Shown: positions 1 through 10,369, counted from the first letter of the stretch. The stretch is DNA of 64,000 bases from a virus (IMGVR_UViG_3300042997_000183:1-64000); one strand, 5' to 3'. The notes: generated by a model not told the origin, from the sequence alone. Numbers and translations are program-made.

Positions 1-173
1 AGCTTCCATGTCTTATCAGGCATATAGAACCTAAATATATCATAATCAGTTATCTTATCTAGTACGGACTCTGGTGTAAGCTTTGTTCTTCTTTTTCCGT
101 TTATCATATATATAAAGTTAAAACCCCCCACCTTTTTACAGATGAGGGGCTTTTATAGGGGGAGGGGACAAAA

Positions 174-1046
174 TTAAAAGTCGCTATCATCTTCTTCTAG
201 CACCTTATCAGAGGCTACAAGATTATCATCCGCGTTATACTCTGCTAAGTCTCTAAATGTATAGAATTCTTTACATCCATACTCACCTGTAATGTTTAAC
301 ACAAAACGCTCATGAGGCTTTAGATCTTTAGATTTCTTCTCACGTAATCCTTTAAGGATTGTAGAGCTACTGAAATCTACTAGTCTAAATTGCTTCAATG
401 TATAAGCAGGTAGGAATCCTTTGTTATATACACCCTGATATTCTTTAATGTCACCATCTTTCTCAACAGTCTTCACTGTAGCTAAAGCAACAACACTTGT
501 ACACCATTCACCATTGATTTGGTCTCTTAGGTCTTTAACATTACCCTTCATAAGCTTGCTCCAGTCTAATTGTAGAGTGGTTTCAGCATCACGATAATCT
601 AAATTACCTAACCATGTACGCATGAAATTGTAAAGGTCTTCTTCACCCATATAAGCTACACGAACTTCACGCTCTGTAAACCATTTAGGGAGATTGTTTT
701 CATCATCAGCCCAAGAACAACTACCAACAGAGTTGATATATTGCTTCTTAGTACCATCTTTGTTTTCTCTTTCTTTGTTCTCAAGGAAGAATACAGCTTT
801 AAACTTATCCTTACTCTTAACTTCTTCAAGCCAGATGTCCACACGTAGTGTTTTGTTACCATCTTGACTTGTTCCCAAATAGTCAGCTGCTTTGCTGTCT
901 TCTTTAAGTTCAATACCTAATTTGTCTTTGAACTCTTCAATTGTTGGGTTAATTGCAATCACATTAGCTTCAAATAAACCTACCTTCTTTGAGAAGTTTG
1001 ATTCTCCACTTGATTGCTGTCTTTTGTTTCCACCGATTCCTGACAT
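174..1046 (-). CDS. Putative phage single-stranded DNA-binding protein (T7 gp2.5 / DUF2815-like)
   Basis: 290-aa ORF ending in the acidic tail ...LEEDDSDF with a terminal Phe, as in gp2.5 and other SSB C-termini. It sits beside a Sak4-like ATPase and helicases in a typical phage recombination/replication cluster. Confidence 0.4.
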   Translation of the reverse strand: MSGIGGNKRQQSSGESNFSKKVGLFEANVIAINPTIEEFKDKLGIELKEDSKAADYLGTSQDGNKTLRVDIWLEEVKSKDKFKAVFFLENKERENKDGTKKQYINSVGSCSWADDENNLPKWFTEREVRVAYMGEEDLYNFMRTWLGNLDYRDAETTLQLDWSKLMKGNVKDLRDQINGEWCTSVVALATVKTVEKDGDIKEYQGVYNKGFLPAYTLKQFRLVDFSSSTILKGLREKKSKDLKPHERFVLNITGEYGCKEFYTFRDLAEYNADDNLVASDKVLEEDDSDF

Positions 1047-1066
1047 TGTTTTTCTAGTTTTAATTG

Positions 1067-1738
1067 TTATTTATAATATTCGTCAATTGTGTCTACTACA
1101 AGCTGTAAGTTATTTGGAATCTTGATGTCAGCAAACATACCATCTGGACTCTTTGCTGGATACTTCTTGAATCTGTTAGTTACAAAATTATATGTGGCTG
1201 TGCCATCTTTTGACTCTTCCACGTGTGTATATAAACAGATGGTTAATAATCCTTCCAATACAATTTGGTTGTCAATTAACTTACCTGCTGTCTTAATCTT
1301 GTATCCTACAATCTCACCTGAGTCTTCAATAGTCTCTGGGTGTGTAAAGTAGAACACTTTAAGATCATTTCTTAACTTTCTTGCTGTTCTAAATAGTTCT
1401 ACCATGTCCTTAGCCATTAAGCTAAATTTGGTAAAGCCCACTTGGTCAGCTTTTGATACAATATTGAAACCCATAATGTAATTAGAGTCTTCAATAATAA
1501 CGTTCTTGATGTGTGGTTGCCCTTCTGATATCTTCACTAACTGTTGAACGATAGCGATGGCATCATCCATCTCTTTGTAATTCTTGTTCTCAGCATTGTA
1601 TAGCTTTTCTGCTCCTTTGAATGGAAGCTCTTTCTTTGCTACGTTAATGATGAATGTTTCTTTGTGGTCTAAATGTTTCACTGATGTTGACTTGCCAGTC
1701 CCTGTTGGACCAACAATACCAATTAATTTGCTTGCCAT
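1067..1738 (-). CDS. RecA-fold / Sak4-like (AAA_24-type) ATPase
   Basis: N-terminal Walker A GIVGPTGTGKST. About 220 aa, which is typical of phage Sak4 single-strand-annealing-associated ATPases. Confidence 0.5.
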   Translation of the reverse strand: MASKLIGIVGPTGTGKSTSVKHLDHKETFIINVAKKELPFKGAEKLYNAENKNYKEMDDAIAIVQQLVKISEGQPHIKNVIIEDSNYIMGFNIVSKADQVGFTKFSLMAKDMVELFRTARKLRNDLKVFYFTHPETIEDSGEIVGYKIKTAGKLIDNQIVLEGLLTICLYTHVEESKDGTATYNFVTNRFKKYPAKSPDGMFADIKIPNNLQLVVDTIDEYYK

Positions 1739-1747
1739 GTTTAATAT

Positions 1748-1960
1748 TTAGTTATTTGTTTGCTCCAAAGATAAGGTAATTTCCTGAGATTTCAAAATAT
1801 TTTTTTGAGGTTTTAATAAATCTGGATTAGCAACAATTTCTTCATAATACTTATCTGCATCAGCTTTGTGAGCAAACCATTTAACAGCTGAACCATCTAA
1901 TCTAACTACATACATTGTACCGCTTCCTGGAGTGGTTTCTTCTAATAATTCTAAATTCAT
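1748..1960 (-). CDS. Hypothetical protein (70 aa)
   Basis: ORF between the ATPase and helicase genes. Its stop overlaps the downstream gene's start (1957/1960), as in a coupled operon. Confidence 0.3.
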   Translation of the reverse strand: MNLELLEETTPGSGTMYVVRLDGSAVKWFAHKADADKYYEEIVANPDLLKPQKNILKSQEITLSLEQTNN

Positions 1961-3045
1961 AGATACTTAATTTTTGATTTGTCAAAGAACTCAAGAGCTT
2001 TCTTGAGCCATTTTAATTCCACTTCCTCATTAGAAGATATGATGTATATATGGGCTTTCTTGTCTGGAGTGTTGTATTCCATAGCCATACATCTATTAAT
2101 CTTCTGAGCAAGGTTTTCTGCATTACTATCAAAGTAATTGATAATCACCTTGTTAAGTGGTTTGTAAGTTACACCTGTGTTACCTATCTTAACAACAGCC
2201 AAATGATTTCCCTTACCTGCAGCAAAATCTGTAAAGATTTCTTTCTCCGTAGATTTACTGTGATAGGAAGGAATACCAAGTGTGTCAGCTATTTTAGTAA
2301 CACCACAAAATACCAAGATTCTATCTTGCTTGTATTTAGCTAAGATTTCTCTTGTCTTCTCCATTTTAGCTACACTGTTCTGTATGATTCTCATTCTAGC
2401 TAGACGTAGGAACATTGTTGCTTTTCCTTGTCTTTCTAGCTGATCAATCACCCATGCATAGCTATCAAATTGTTTCTTCTCTGTACGCTTCTTCCCTTTA
2501 TAATCGTTAATACGCTTATCATCCAAAGACACTTTTATCACAGTGATTTCATAGTCTGTAATAACACCTTCTGCAATAGCTTGTTCTATTGGATAGGTAG
2601 CTAATACATTCAGTCCAAGCTCCTCATTGAGGGTCCTTTCTGTATTACTAGCTAATGTTCCTGTAAGACCAAGCACACTTACGCATTTTAGCTCCTTTAC
2701 AGCCTCTATTTGTGCTTCTGACAGCAAATGTATCTCATCTAGTATTACTAGGTCAAATACACCCCCTGTGTGCTTTTTAATAGATAAGTGTGTAGTGTAC
2801 GTTATGTAGGGATTCTTGTATTTTCTAGTCTTGAAATCAGCTTCCCAAGCCTCTTTAATCTTAAGATCTGGATAGGCTATCAGGATGTTGATATCTTTGT
2901 CTAGTTTCTCTAATATGTTGATAGTTGTATAGATCTTCCCAAATCTAGGACATAAGTTTAGAATACCAAACTTTCCATGTTTTAGGAACACCTCAGCAAA
3001 CTCCTGTTGCCTCTTATCTCGTAAAGAGATTTCCTTTTTTGCCAT
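1957..3045 (-). CDS. Superfamily-2 DEAD/DEAH-box DNA helicase
   Basis: Motif I-like LCPRFGKIYT, motif II LILDEIHLL (DEIH) and motif III-like GLTGTLASN. 362 aa. Confidence 0.6.
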   Translation of the reverse strand: MAKKEISLRDKRQQEFAEVFLKHGKFGILNLCPRFGKIYTTINILEKLDKDINILIAYPDLKIKEAWEADFKTRKYKNPYITYTTHLSIKKHTGGVFDLVILDEIHLLSEAQIEAVKELKCVSVLGLTGTLASNTERTLNEELGLNVLATYPIEQAIAEGVITDYEITVIKVSLDDKRINDYKGKKRTEKKQFDSYAWVIDQLERQGKATMFLRLARMRIIQNSVAKMEKTREILAKYKQDRILVFCGVTKIADTLGIPSYHSKSTEKEIFTDFAAGKGNHLAVVKIGNTGVTYKPLNKVIINYFDSNAENLAQKINRCMAMEYNTPDKKAHIYIISSNEEVELKWLKKALEFFDKSKIKYL

Positions 3046-3216
3046 AGCTTATAATTGTAGTAAATGACCAAAATAACCATTCAAAATTGATAGCCACGTA
3101 TGGATCATATTTCTGTATGTTGTTCATAATACTAACTGTAGGCAATACTACAACCTGCCACCAATGGTCTTTTTTACTTGGTAGCGTGTTATATACTTTT
3201 GTTTTTATACTCATGT

Positions 3217-4281
3217 TTATTTGTTTAGGAAAAATGATTTATTCACGACTGCTGTATAATCCGCTTCTGTAATGTCTCTCACTCTAGGCAGTTCTTTGAA
3301 CATACCAATGCTTCCTAAGAAGCCTAAGCCTATTCTAACATCATCTTCACCATAGCTATTCTTAATTAGCCTGAGAGATCTAAAATACTTGGCACCATAT
3401 CCATCTTTTAGCTTATCTAATTCATAGCCTGATGGATCAGCCACTTTATATCTCATTGGGTCAAACAATCCTAGTACAACATCAGCATCATTCTGCGTGC
3501 TTGAACTCTCTGCAAAGTCTTCTAGTTGTGGTTCTACATCACCACTCTTTAATCTTGCCATGTTAGAAATGCTCCTATTGAACTGACTAACAACAACAGG
3601 ACTATATCCATAGAAGTCTCTAGCATATCTGAGCTCATCACTCATCTTATCAATAGCATCTTTCTTTGTAGGCTGGGCTTGTGTAGTTTTTAATAAACCT
3701 ATATGATCGATAACAACCATAGTGATTTCATTCTCATTTGTGGGGACATACTTCTTATTGTATTCATCCAGCTGCTCAATAGTTCCATTCTGTAAAGCAT
3801 GTGCCTTTAACTCTTTGGCAATACCAACAGCATTCTCTGGACCATCAATAATTGTAATCACTTCGCTCATTTCTCCTATATAGTCTTCATACATTAGAAA
3901 TAGATCATGCTCATCTTTGGTCATTCTATCATTCCAGCCCAACAGTTTATTAACTGTGATAGTTATACCATGATCGATGAATATTCTTCTACCTACCCAT
4001 TTAGCCATCTTATAGGTTCTGCTTCTCTCCATGGATCTGTATATAATCCTTAGCTTGATGTTTGTTTTATTCTCTTTGCTTATATACCAATCAAATGGAT
4101 TAAGCACGTATGCATCATCAATAAAGCTAGTCTTACCAGAACCTGTGAGACCACCTATAAGCGTATATATGGACTTTCTAATACCAATATATCTATTAAG
4201 TCTATCAAACCCCATAGGTATACCACCATTCCTACCCTCTAAGCCTGCCTGTACCTGTTTTTTTAAGTCTTCAAAACTCAT
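3217..4281 (-). CDS. DnaB-like replicative helicase (RecA-type C-terminal domain)
   Basis: Walker A LIGGLTGSGKTSF, Walker B-like MVVIDHIGLL, and loops resembling DnaB/T7 gp4 helicase (FNRSISN..., SGDVEPQLEDFAESS). Confidence 0.6.
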   Translation of the reverse strand: MSFEDLKKQVQAGLEGRNGGIPMGFDRLNRYIGIRKSIYTLIGGLTGSGKTSFIDDAYVLNPFDWYISKENKTNIKLRIIYRSMERSRTYKMAKWVGRRIFIDHGITITVNKLLGWNDRMTKDEHDLFLMYEDYIGEMSEVITIIDGPENAVGIAKELKAHALQNGTIEQLDEYNKKYVPTNENEITMVVIDHIGLLKTTQAQPTKKDAIDKMSDELRYARDFYGYSPVVVSQFNRSISNMARLKSGDVEPQLEDFAESSSTQNDADVVLGLFDPMRYKVADPSGYELDKLKDGYGAKYFRSLRLIKNSYGEDDVRIGLGFLGSIGMFKELPRVRDITEADYTAVVNKSFFLNK

Positions 4282-4284
4282 AGA

Positions 4285-4470
4285 TTACTTTTTTTCATAT
4301 TCTTCTTTTGCTATAAACTCAACGTGTTCTTCGCAATCTTCACACCATGCATTATTTCTGTCCTCTATACAGTCAGCTGCAAACTCACCAGAGTTTACAT
4401 ACTGCCAAACTTTTATTTGAATAGAATCTGCTGATCCACATTCTTTACATACCAAAATTTCATTTTTCAT
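4285..4470 (-). CDS. Small zinc-ribbon protein
   Basis: 61 aa with CKECGS...CEDCEEH, a paired CxxC arrangement. Confidence 0.4.
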   Translation of the reverse strand: MKNEILVCKECGSADSIQIKVWQYVNSGEFAADCIEDRNNAWCEDCEEHVEFIAKEEYEKK

Positions 4471-5090
4471 ATATCTGTACCTCCATTTGTAGGTGCTTTA
4501 TCTTCCACATTATAGCCCTCTTTTAATAGGTCTATAAAGGGTTCAAAAGAACGCTGGTTTAAATAAGTGAGACTATTTTGCATGTATGTTAGCCTGTTAG
4601 TCCCTGTCTTTACAGAATTCTCTTTCTTTTGTAACACATCTAGATTCAATGAATCTATCAGGTCTTTTGCTGTATATTCTCCTTCCTCTAATATCTTATC
4701 AAACTTCAACTGACAGTCTTCCTTGGTCCTTTTCAATGTTCTACCACCTGAGAACTTCTTCCCTTTGTGTGTAAATGAATCTGTACCTGGAAAAGCTTTC
4801 CACCACTCTTCAAACTCTGATGTGATGTCAACCTTCTTCTGTATTCTAACAGTTGGTTCTTTGATGTTAATAAATTTTAGAAGCTCTTTACCTGTGAGCG
4901 TTAGTCCCTTTTCTGTTATCAATCCTTTCCTAACTAACGTCTGATAAAGAGCTTCTATCTTAATGTTATCAGTTCGTAATGCACGAACATCATAATTCTC
5001 TTCTATAAGCTTTAATAGGAATACAACATCTAGATTGTATCCTCTTTTAAGTAGTTCCTCAAAATGGAAGTACGTTATGTCTAACTTCAT
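4467..5090 (-). CDS. Hypothetical protein (207 aa)
   Basis: ORF overlaps neighbours by 4 nt on both sides. I recognised no motif. Confidence 0.4.
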   Translation of the reverse strand: MKLDITYFHFEELLKRGYNLDVVFLLKLIEENYDVRALRTDNIKIEALYQTLVRKGLITEKGLTLTGKELLKFINIKEPTVRIQKKVDITSEFEEWWKAFPGTDSFTHKGKKFSGGRTLKRTKEDCQLKFDKILEEGEYTAKDLIDSLNLDVLQKKENSVKTGTNRLTYMQNSLTYLNQRSFEPFIDLLKEGYNVEDKAPTNGGTDI

Positions 5091-5265
5091 CTCTCTCTAA
5101 GATTTTATCTGTATCCACAATAAATATAGCTGCTGGCTCTCTAAACTTGTTTAACTCCTTCTGGATTTGTTTATCAAGCTCATAGCTCTCTTCTTGCAAA
5201 TATACTAAATCTTTAAGAAATTCCCTCTCGAAATCTTCGTTAATTTTCAAGCTTTGGTCTTTCAT
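5059..5265 (-). CDS. Hypothetical protein (68 aa)
   Basis: ORF in an operon-like context only. Confidence 0.25.
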   Translation of the reverse strand: MKDQSLKINEDFEREFLKDLVYLQEESYELDKQIQKELNKFREPAAIFIVDTDKILERDEVRHNVLPF

Positions 5266-5470
5266 CTTTAAAGTCTTTATTGTTCCAAAAGAAAGGGCAT
5301 GTGAATGTCATAACACCAACTGAGTTAAATAGCTCACTTGTTATCATGCTCATTTCATATGGAGGGTCTTGAAAATAAGATTGTCCTAATTCTTCTTTAG
5401 GGCAAGTGTATCTGTGGCAGTGTAGTCTTAATGGACAACTACCACCATTGCATGCTGATATATCTGACAT
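5240..5470 (-). CDS. Cys/His-rich small protein
   Basis: 76 aa with CNGGSCPLRLHCHRYTCP...FTCPFF, possibly metal-binding. Confidence 0.3.
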   Translation of the reverse strand: MSDISACNGGSCPLRLHCHRYTCPKEELGQSYFQDPPYEMSMITSELFNSVGVMTFTCPFFWNNKDFKDERPKLEN

Positions 5471-5589
5471 AATTAATTAGTTTTATATGATTCTTCTTCT
5501 TCCCAATCACAATGTTCTAAGCAATCTGGGCATATACCTATTTCAGGCATTGTGGTTTGTGCTCCACAGCATGTTGATGTTGCCATAGG

Positions 5590-5979
5590 TTATTTGTTTT
5601 TGACCATTTCAATTAGGTTCTTAAGACAAGCAAGTTCTGCTTCTTCATAAGCCATAAAATCTTTATGGGCTTTTATGATTCTACCATTTTGCAATATACT
5701 ATAAAAATAATTATCTTTATCGCTATTATATACCCAACTAGTTAGTTCATACTTCTCTCTGAAAAATCTAAATGCTTGTTGAAATAAAGGTGCTTGTATA
5801 CACTTATTAGTATCAATAGAAAGATTTCTATATATGAGCCATTTTAACTCTAAATCATCTACATCTAAATAATGTGCAGCACACTTCTCATTAAAGCCTA
5901 GTTCTTTAAGTTCTAACGCTTCTTGATACGGTAGAAATTCTTTTTTCATATTTATTGTTTTATTCAGCAGCCCAACCAA
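5590..5979 (-). CDS. Hypothetical protein (129 aa)
   Basis: ORF overlapping the next gene by 20 nt. Confidence 0.4.
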   Translation of the reverse strand: MVGLLNKTINMKKEFLPYQEALELKELGFNEKCAAHYLDVDDLELKWLIYRNLSIDTNKCIQAPLFQQAFRFFREKYELTSWVYNSDKDNYFYSILQNGRIIKAHKDFMAYEEAELACLKNLIEMVKNK

Positions 5980-6514
5980 AGAACATCCATTTACCTGGTC
6001 TTTCTGTTGGTGCTTTCTTGTATGTAATCTTAGCTACTGTTCTATTACCTTTCTCAAGGCTCTTCTCCATACATATATTTGTAGGAGTTGTAGTTTTCTC
6101 TGTATAAGCTCTAGCTTTAGTAACAGCTTCACCTTTTGTATTACAAGAAGCTATCATTCTATCATTATGTGAATCGTACACTACATATTTAAGCACCCAT
6201 TTCTTTGTACCTGGTGTAACAAGGTGCTCCACCTGAGATTTGGTTTTGTTCTTATTTCCAACAGGCTCTTGTAAGCAAATCGAACAACAGTCTCTTTTGT
6301 TTAATATTTCCACCTTAGAACGTACAAATGGTTCTAAGTCTAGTTTACTTCTCTTATACTCCTCTGTAATGTCTCTAACACTATGTGTAGTGCTGATTGT
6401 ACCATTATATCCTTCCTGATGTCCATACTCTACTTCTGCTTCTTCACAAGCACTATTGTATGCATCGTTTAATGTTTTACCATATCCCGTTTGTTGAAAC
6501 CAACTTGCTCCCAT
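5960..6514 (-). CDS. Hypothetical protein (184 aa)
   Basis: ORF with no recognised motif. It contains a CCSIC cysteine cluster. Confidence 0.4.
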   Translation of the reverse strand: MGASWFQQTGYGKTLNDAYNSACEEAEVEYGHQEGYNGTISTTHSVRDITEEYKRSKLDLEPFVRSKVEILNKRDCCSICLQEPVGNKNKTKSQVEHLVTPGTKKWVLKYVVYDSHNDRMIASCNTKGEAVTKARAYTEKTTTPTNICMEKSLEKGNRTVAKITYKKAPTERPGKWMFFGWAAE

Positions 6515-6520
6515 AATTGA

Positions 6521-6943
6521 TTATTTTAATAATTTTTTAATTGCTTTTTTTGCTAGCTCTATTTTAGCAGCTTCTCTTAAATTGTCTGTAACATCCTCTT
6601 TTTTACCTACATAATAATTAACCCACACTCTGTTGTATTTTCCTTTATGTATAGCAGTTCTAGCATTTACATATACGTTATCAGGATATTTAGAACATTT
6701 TACTTCTAAAAAACAAACTTTCATCTCAATAACTTTCTTATAACACGAAAGAACATCCATCTTTTCTAAAACCTGTATGGCTTTTAATGGTTGTTTAAGT
6801 TCGTCTTGTAGTTTATTGATTTCAATTGTAAATATGCCTTTGTTTTCTATATATTTATCCTCAATCATATCTTTATAATCTCTTGATAGACCTAACATGA
6901 TTATCTGTTTAAAATTTGATATAATTCTTGTTGTGCATCCCAC
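6521..6943 (-). CDS. Putative VRR-NUC / PD-(D/E)xK nuclease
   Basis: 140 aa with the pattern MDVLSCYKK...MKVCFLEVKCSKY, i.e. D...E-x-K. It lies next to the DNA polymerase gene, which is a common phage arrangement. Confidence 0.35.
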   Translation of the reverse strand: MGCTTRIISNFKQIIMLGLSRDYKDMIEDKYIENKGIFTIEINKLQDELKQPLKAIQVLEKMDVLSCYKKVIEMKVCFLEVKCSKYPDNVYVNARTAIHKGKYNRVWVNYYVGKKEDVTDNLREAAKIELAKKAIKKLLK

Positions 6944-7079
6944 TTAGAATAAAACGGACCACTATGTTTCTTTTTCTTAGGAATCATAGTAAATATCCAC
7001 CAGTTAACTGTTCTATTATTAAGGGAATACGGTTGTTTTAAATGTACAGGTCTTATTATATATTTTTGTTCAGACATAA

Positions 7080-7334
7080 CTATCCCTTTATACGTAATCC
7101 AAATTGTAAATCAAAAAAGTCAAATATGCTTTCAGCTTTTGACTTACTGCATTTAAACACCTTCTTTAATAGTGGTAATGCATAAGTTTTGAACTGATCG
7201 TGTTGCTCTTGTGTCAAGGTCCATTTATTGTACCATTCTCTTGTCATATAAGCCTCTTGCATTGATTTACCAATCATATCTAATTGATAATCAAGCAAGT
7301 GCTCTGAAATATTTTCTCTATTAATCTTTGCCAT
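7080..7334 (-). CDS. Hypothetical protein (84 aa)
   Basis: ORF only. Confidence 0.35.
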   Translation of the reverse strand: MAKINRENISEHLLDYQLDMIGKSMQEAYMTREWYNKWTLTQEQHDQFKTYALPLLKKVFKCSKSKAESIFDFFDLQFGLRIKG

Positions 7335-7591
7335 TATAATGTTAATTGATATCCGTTAATATGTCTATATGCAGGAAAACTCTTTAATTGGTTCTCTATT
7401 GATTCTCTAGACCATTCTTGTCTAGAATGTTCCACAGGTTTACCACCTTTAACCTCAGCAATAATGCATGTAGGACCATTGTCTTCTACTACTTGTTTTA
7501 GTTCTGGTTCATATGCTCTTCTGCTGGTCATAGTCATTCCCCATGCATCAATATAAAATTGTCTGCCTTCGAGTGATTGTGCTTGTATCAT
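7334..7591 (-). CDS. Hypothetical protein (85 aa)
   Basis: ORF abutting the downstream ORF (ATG overlap). Confidence 0.35.
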   Translation of the reverse strand: MIQAQSLEGRQFYIDAWGMTMTSRRAYEPELKQVVEDNGPTCIIAEVKGGKPVEHSRQEWSRESIENQLKSFPAYRHINGYQLTL

Positions 7592-7768
7592 GTTAGATTC
7601 TTTTTATTATGTAATCATCGAATTTGTCTATATCAAAATTACTATTAATCTCTATAAAGAATTTTACATAAGCACAATAGTAATTTGATGCTGAAGGATA
7701 TGTATATCCATTCTCTTTGCAGTCTTCTACTACTAGATCTGCTGCTATTTTAAATTGTGATTTTCCCA

Positions 7769-9721
7769 TTAGAATAAACTTAATTGATTAGGATTGATTG
7801 TCATCTTTCTCTTTTTACCTTCTAACTGTATTTTGCTGATAATACGTTCAGCACGTTCTATGTAATAAGCATAATTAATGTTATCCAGAGGATGATCTGG
7901 TTGTAGATGATTACATACATGCATCACCCATTCACCTGCTTCCACTTGACTAACATCAGCAGCATTAGATTGACATTCAGGGTTCTTAACCTTTAACAGC
8001 TTCTCACCCTTATTAGACACATAATACCTGATTAGCTTATTGTACACTGTTTTCTTACCATTGGCTACTCCTTCATAATGGAAATCTTTGCTCGCTTTCT
8101 GCCTGAGACAAAAATCATATATGTTTGTATGATTATGAATGGTATCAGCCACAGGGATATCATTAACAAAATAATGCTCGAGAGCAATAGGTACAATCCT
8201 AGCTGACTTATTTTTGTGTAACTCAAAGTCAGTGAGGAAGTCACCTTTCTTTTTAATTTCTCCATTGGTTTTAATTGCTAAATAGTCATTTACTGTTGAG
8301 AATATAATCTTCTGATAATCAGTGCGTTCTAGCTCATACTGAGTTACATCCATCCACCACTTATTAATAGCAGTCATAGTATCAAAACTTGCATTTTTTA
8401 CAAGTATTGTCACTCCGTCTGTATTAGCAGATATTACACGTATGCCAGCTAATTCATATGCCTCAATAAGCATTAGTAAGCTCAGCTCACCTGTAATAGT
8501 GGTGAACATAGTTAGTTGTCTATCATAAAGCCAGGATAGCATATCAGAGCTTTTACCATATACAGAGTTAACTGCAAGCTTTAATGCTCCAACAATACCA
8601 GCTATCTTCTTATCCTTCTTAGCCAAGGGTTTAAGTTCTAGTCTCTTCTCAAACATCTGTTTGTATCCTCTAAGAAACTCTTTACCCAAATGTTGTGGAT
8701 ATTTACCATTGTTAATGATGATAGCTGGATAGTATGAACTAACATCCCAGTCAACTATGATGTTATCTTCATCAGCTTCAAATATCTTAGGCTTGTTCTC
8801 TGTATGTAACCCACCCTTGGCAAATGTGTAAGTGTTATCCATAAATACCAATGACTCTTTAAAATCATCAGTGAGTGTGAATATCTGCTTCTTTACATGT
8901 TTTAAGAATGCTTGTAGCTCTGGTGTCTGGAAATCCACATAGTGAGCAATACAATCTTTGGCTCTCACTTGCTTTCTAAAATATCCCTTCTTTGGTAAAT
9001 CACCATAGGATATGTTCTTCTCTTGACAGTAATACTTCTTAATCATCTCATCACCTATCTTACTGTCAGAATAGTTTAAGCAAGGAATACCAAACTCGTT
9101 GTATATATCCTGTCTGAGCTCTATTTGATTATTACCCTTGTATAAAGGATGGTCTGTTTGACCAATAGTTACCAAATAGAATTCATATGTAGCATATATA
9201 TCATTACGACAATAGTCAACAGTGAGCTGTATCTCCTCATCAGTCATATCAGTTTTAGTATGATGAATAGGCATCTCTTCAATGTTTGGAAGATCCATCT
9301 CAAACTCTAACCTTTTTAGTGATACACGTCTGTTCTTATTATCATAGTGATTCACTCTGAATAGGTCTATCTGTTTGAGGGTGAGCCATTCTTCTCTATA
9401 CTCAGGAAATACATCATAGTTAGCATCATGTATCACATCAGCAGCTTTCTGTGCTATTTTAGCACACACTTCTAATGCACTTAGATCATACCAGTCACCA
9501 TGATTACGTAATACCCACTCAACCACCTGACTATCAAAGCGTAGATTGTTATACCCAACCCAATAGTAATCAGCGTGCTCCTCTGTAAACCTGTGAAATG
9601 CATCTAATTGGTTAATATTTCTACTCACCTGGAATTCATACCACTGTTGTGTATCAGGATTGTATATACCTATTAGAAACAGCTCCTGCATAGTCTCTAT
9701 GTCATAAATCAGTATGTTCAT
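7769..9721 (-). CDS. Family-B DNA polymerase with 3'-5' proofreading exonuclease
   Basis: Exo I YDIET, Exo II YNNLRFDSQ and Exo III YCRNDIYATY. Pol motif A DVSSYYPAI (DxxSLYPS-like), motif B KLAVNSVYGK (Kx3NSxYG) and motif C-like ISANTDGV. Only 650 aa, so a compact PolB. Confidence 0.8.
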   Translation of the reverse strand: MNILIYDIETMQELFLIGIYNPDTQQWYEFQVSRNINQLDAFHRFTEEHADYYWVGYNNLRFDSQVVEWVLRNHGDWYDLSALEVCAKIAQKAADVIHDANYDVFPEYREEWLTLKQIDLFRVNHYDNKNRRVSLKRLEFEMDLPNIEEMPIHHTKTDMTDEEIQLTVDYCRNDIYATYEFYLVTIGQTDHPLYKGNNQIELRQDIYNEFGIPCLNYSDSKIGDEMIKKYYCQEKNISYGDLPKKGYFRKQVRAKDCIAHYVDFQTPELQAFLKHVKKQIFTLTDDFKESLVFMDNTYTFAKGGLHTENKPKIFEADEDNIIVDWDVSSYYPAIIINNGKYPQHLGKEFLRGYKQMFEKRLELKPLAKKDKKIAGIVGALKLAVNSVYGKSSDMLSWLYDRQLTMFTTITGELSLLMLIEAYELAGIRVISANTDGVTILVKNASFDTMTAINKWWMDVTQYELERTDYQKIIFSTVNDYLAIKTNGEIKKKGDFLTDFELHKNKSARIVPIALEHYFVNDIPVADTIHNHTNIYDFCLRQKASKDFHYEGVANGKKTVYNKLIRYYVSNKGEKLLKVKNPECQSNAADVSQVEAGEWVMHVCNHLQPDHPLDNINYAYYIERAERIISKIQLEGKKRKMTINPNQLSLF

Positions 9722-9832
9722 CTTCGTACTCTTTTTGTTTGGTAATTAAGTGCACCCATAATATAGATATAGGTGTTGCCACTATAACAGATATTAGAGC
9801 TCCTACTAAAACTGACTCCATGTTATTTGTCT

Positions 9833-10069
9833 TTAATTTAAGATTTTTTCCCACTTCTTTTGTTCATTCCAAGGGTCATTAATGTATTTATTTAATGCCT
9901 CCATTGCTGCTTCTATTGTTTCAAAAGGAATTGATTTGCACCCAATATCAATTAAACAGCCTCTTGAACAAAAGACTATCCTAATTGAATTCTGTTTTAA
10001 TAATTCTTTTTTACTTGGTTCATATTCTACTGGTATACCAACTTCTTGTTTTTGTAATTGTTCTTCCAT
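9833..10069 (-). CDS. Hypothetical early protein (78 aa)
   Basis: ORF. CxxC...C pairs are present (CSRGC...IGCKS). Confidence 0.3.
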   Translation of the reverse strand: MEEQLQKQEVGIPVEYEPSKKELLKQNSIRIVFCSRGCLIDIGCKSIPFETIEAAMEALNKYINDPWNEQKKWEKILN

Positions 10070-10158
10070 GTTATTTGTTTTTAGTTTGTCTTAATACATC
10101 TATAACACCTAATATTGCTACAATAGCAACAATTCAAATTATTATTACTCCTGTCATG

Positions 10159-10368
10159 TTAAAATAGTATTTCTGGTTTAACAAATCCAAACTTTATAGG
10201 TTCACCTAATTCATAAATTTCAAGCATACCATCAGCAGATAAATATGCATCAGGTTCCTTATTAAAGTCATCAATAATGTCTTGTTTTGTACCTATTATC
10301 CATACGTCTGTATTCTCATACAACGCTATGTACTTTTTTTCTTTGTCTTTAACTTTTTTTGGAGGCAT
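10159..10368 (-). CDS. Hypothetical early protein (69 aa)
   Basis: ORF in a tightly packed minus-strand array. Confidence 0.3.
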   Translation of the reverse strand: MPPKKVKDKEKKYIALYENTDVWIIGTKQDIIDDFNKEPDAYLSADGMLEIYELGEPIKFGFVKPEILF

Positions 10369-10369
10369 C

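Noticed and set aside
100-173. Possible minus-strand terminator (CCCCUC...GGUGGGG + UUU) downstream of the SSB-like gene
   Set aside because: The stem is short with a 12-14-nt loop and the interval sits at the window edge. Too weak to call as a feature.
8065-8265. 66-aa ORF nested inside the DNA polymerase gene
   Set aside because: An alternate frame within a well-supported CDS. Hydrophobic low-complexity translation.
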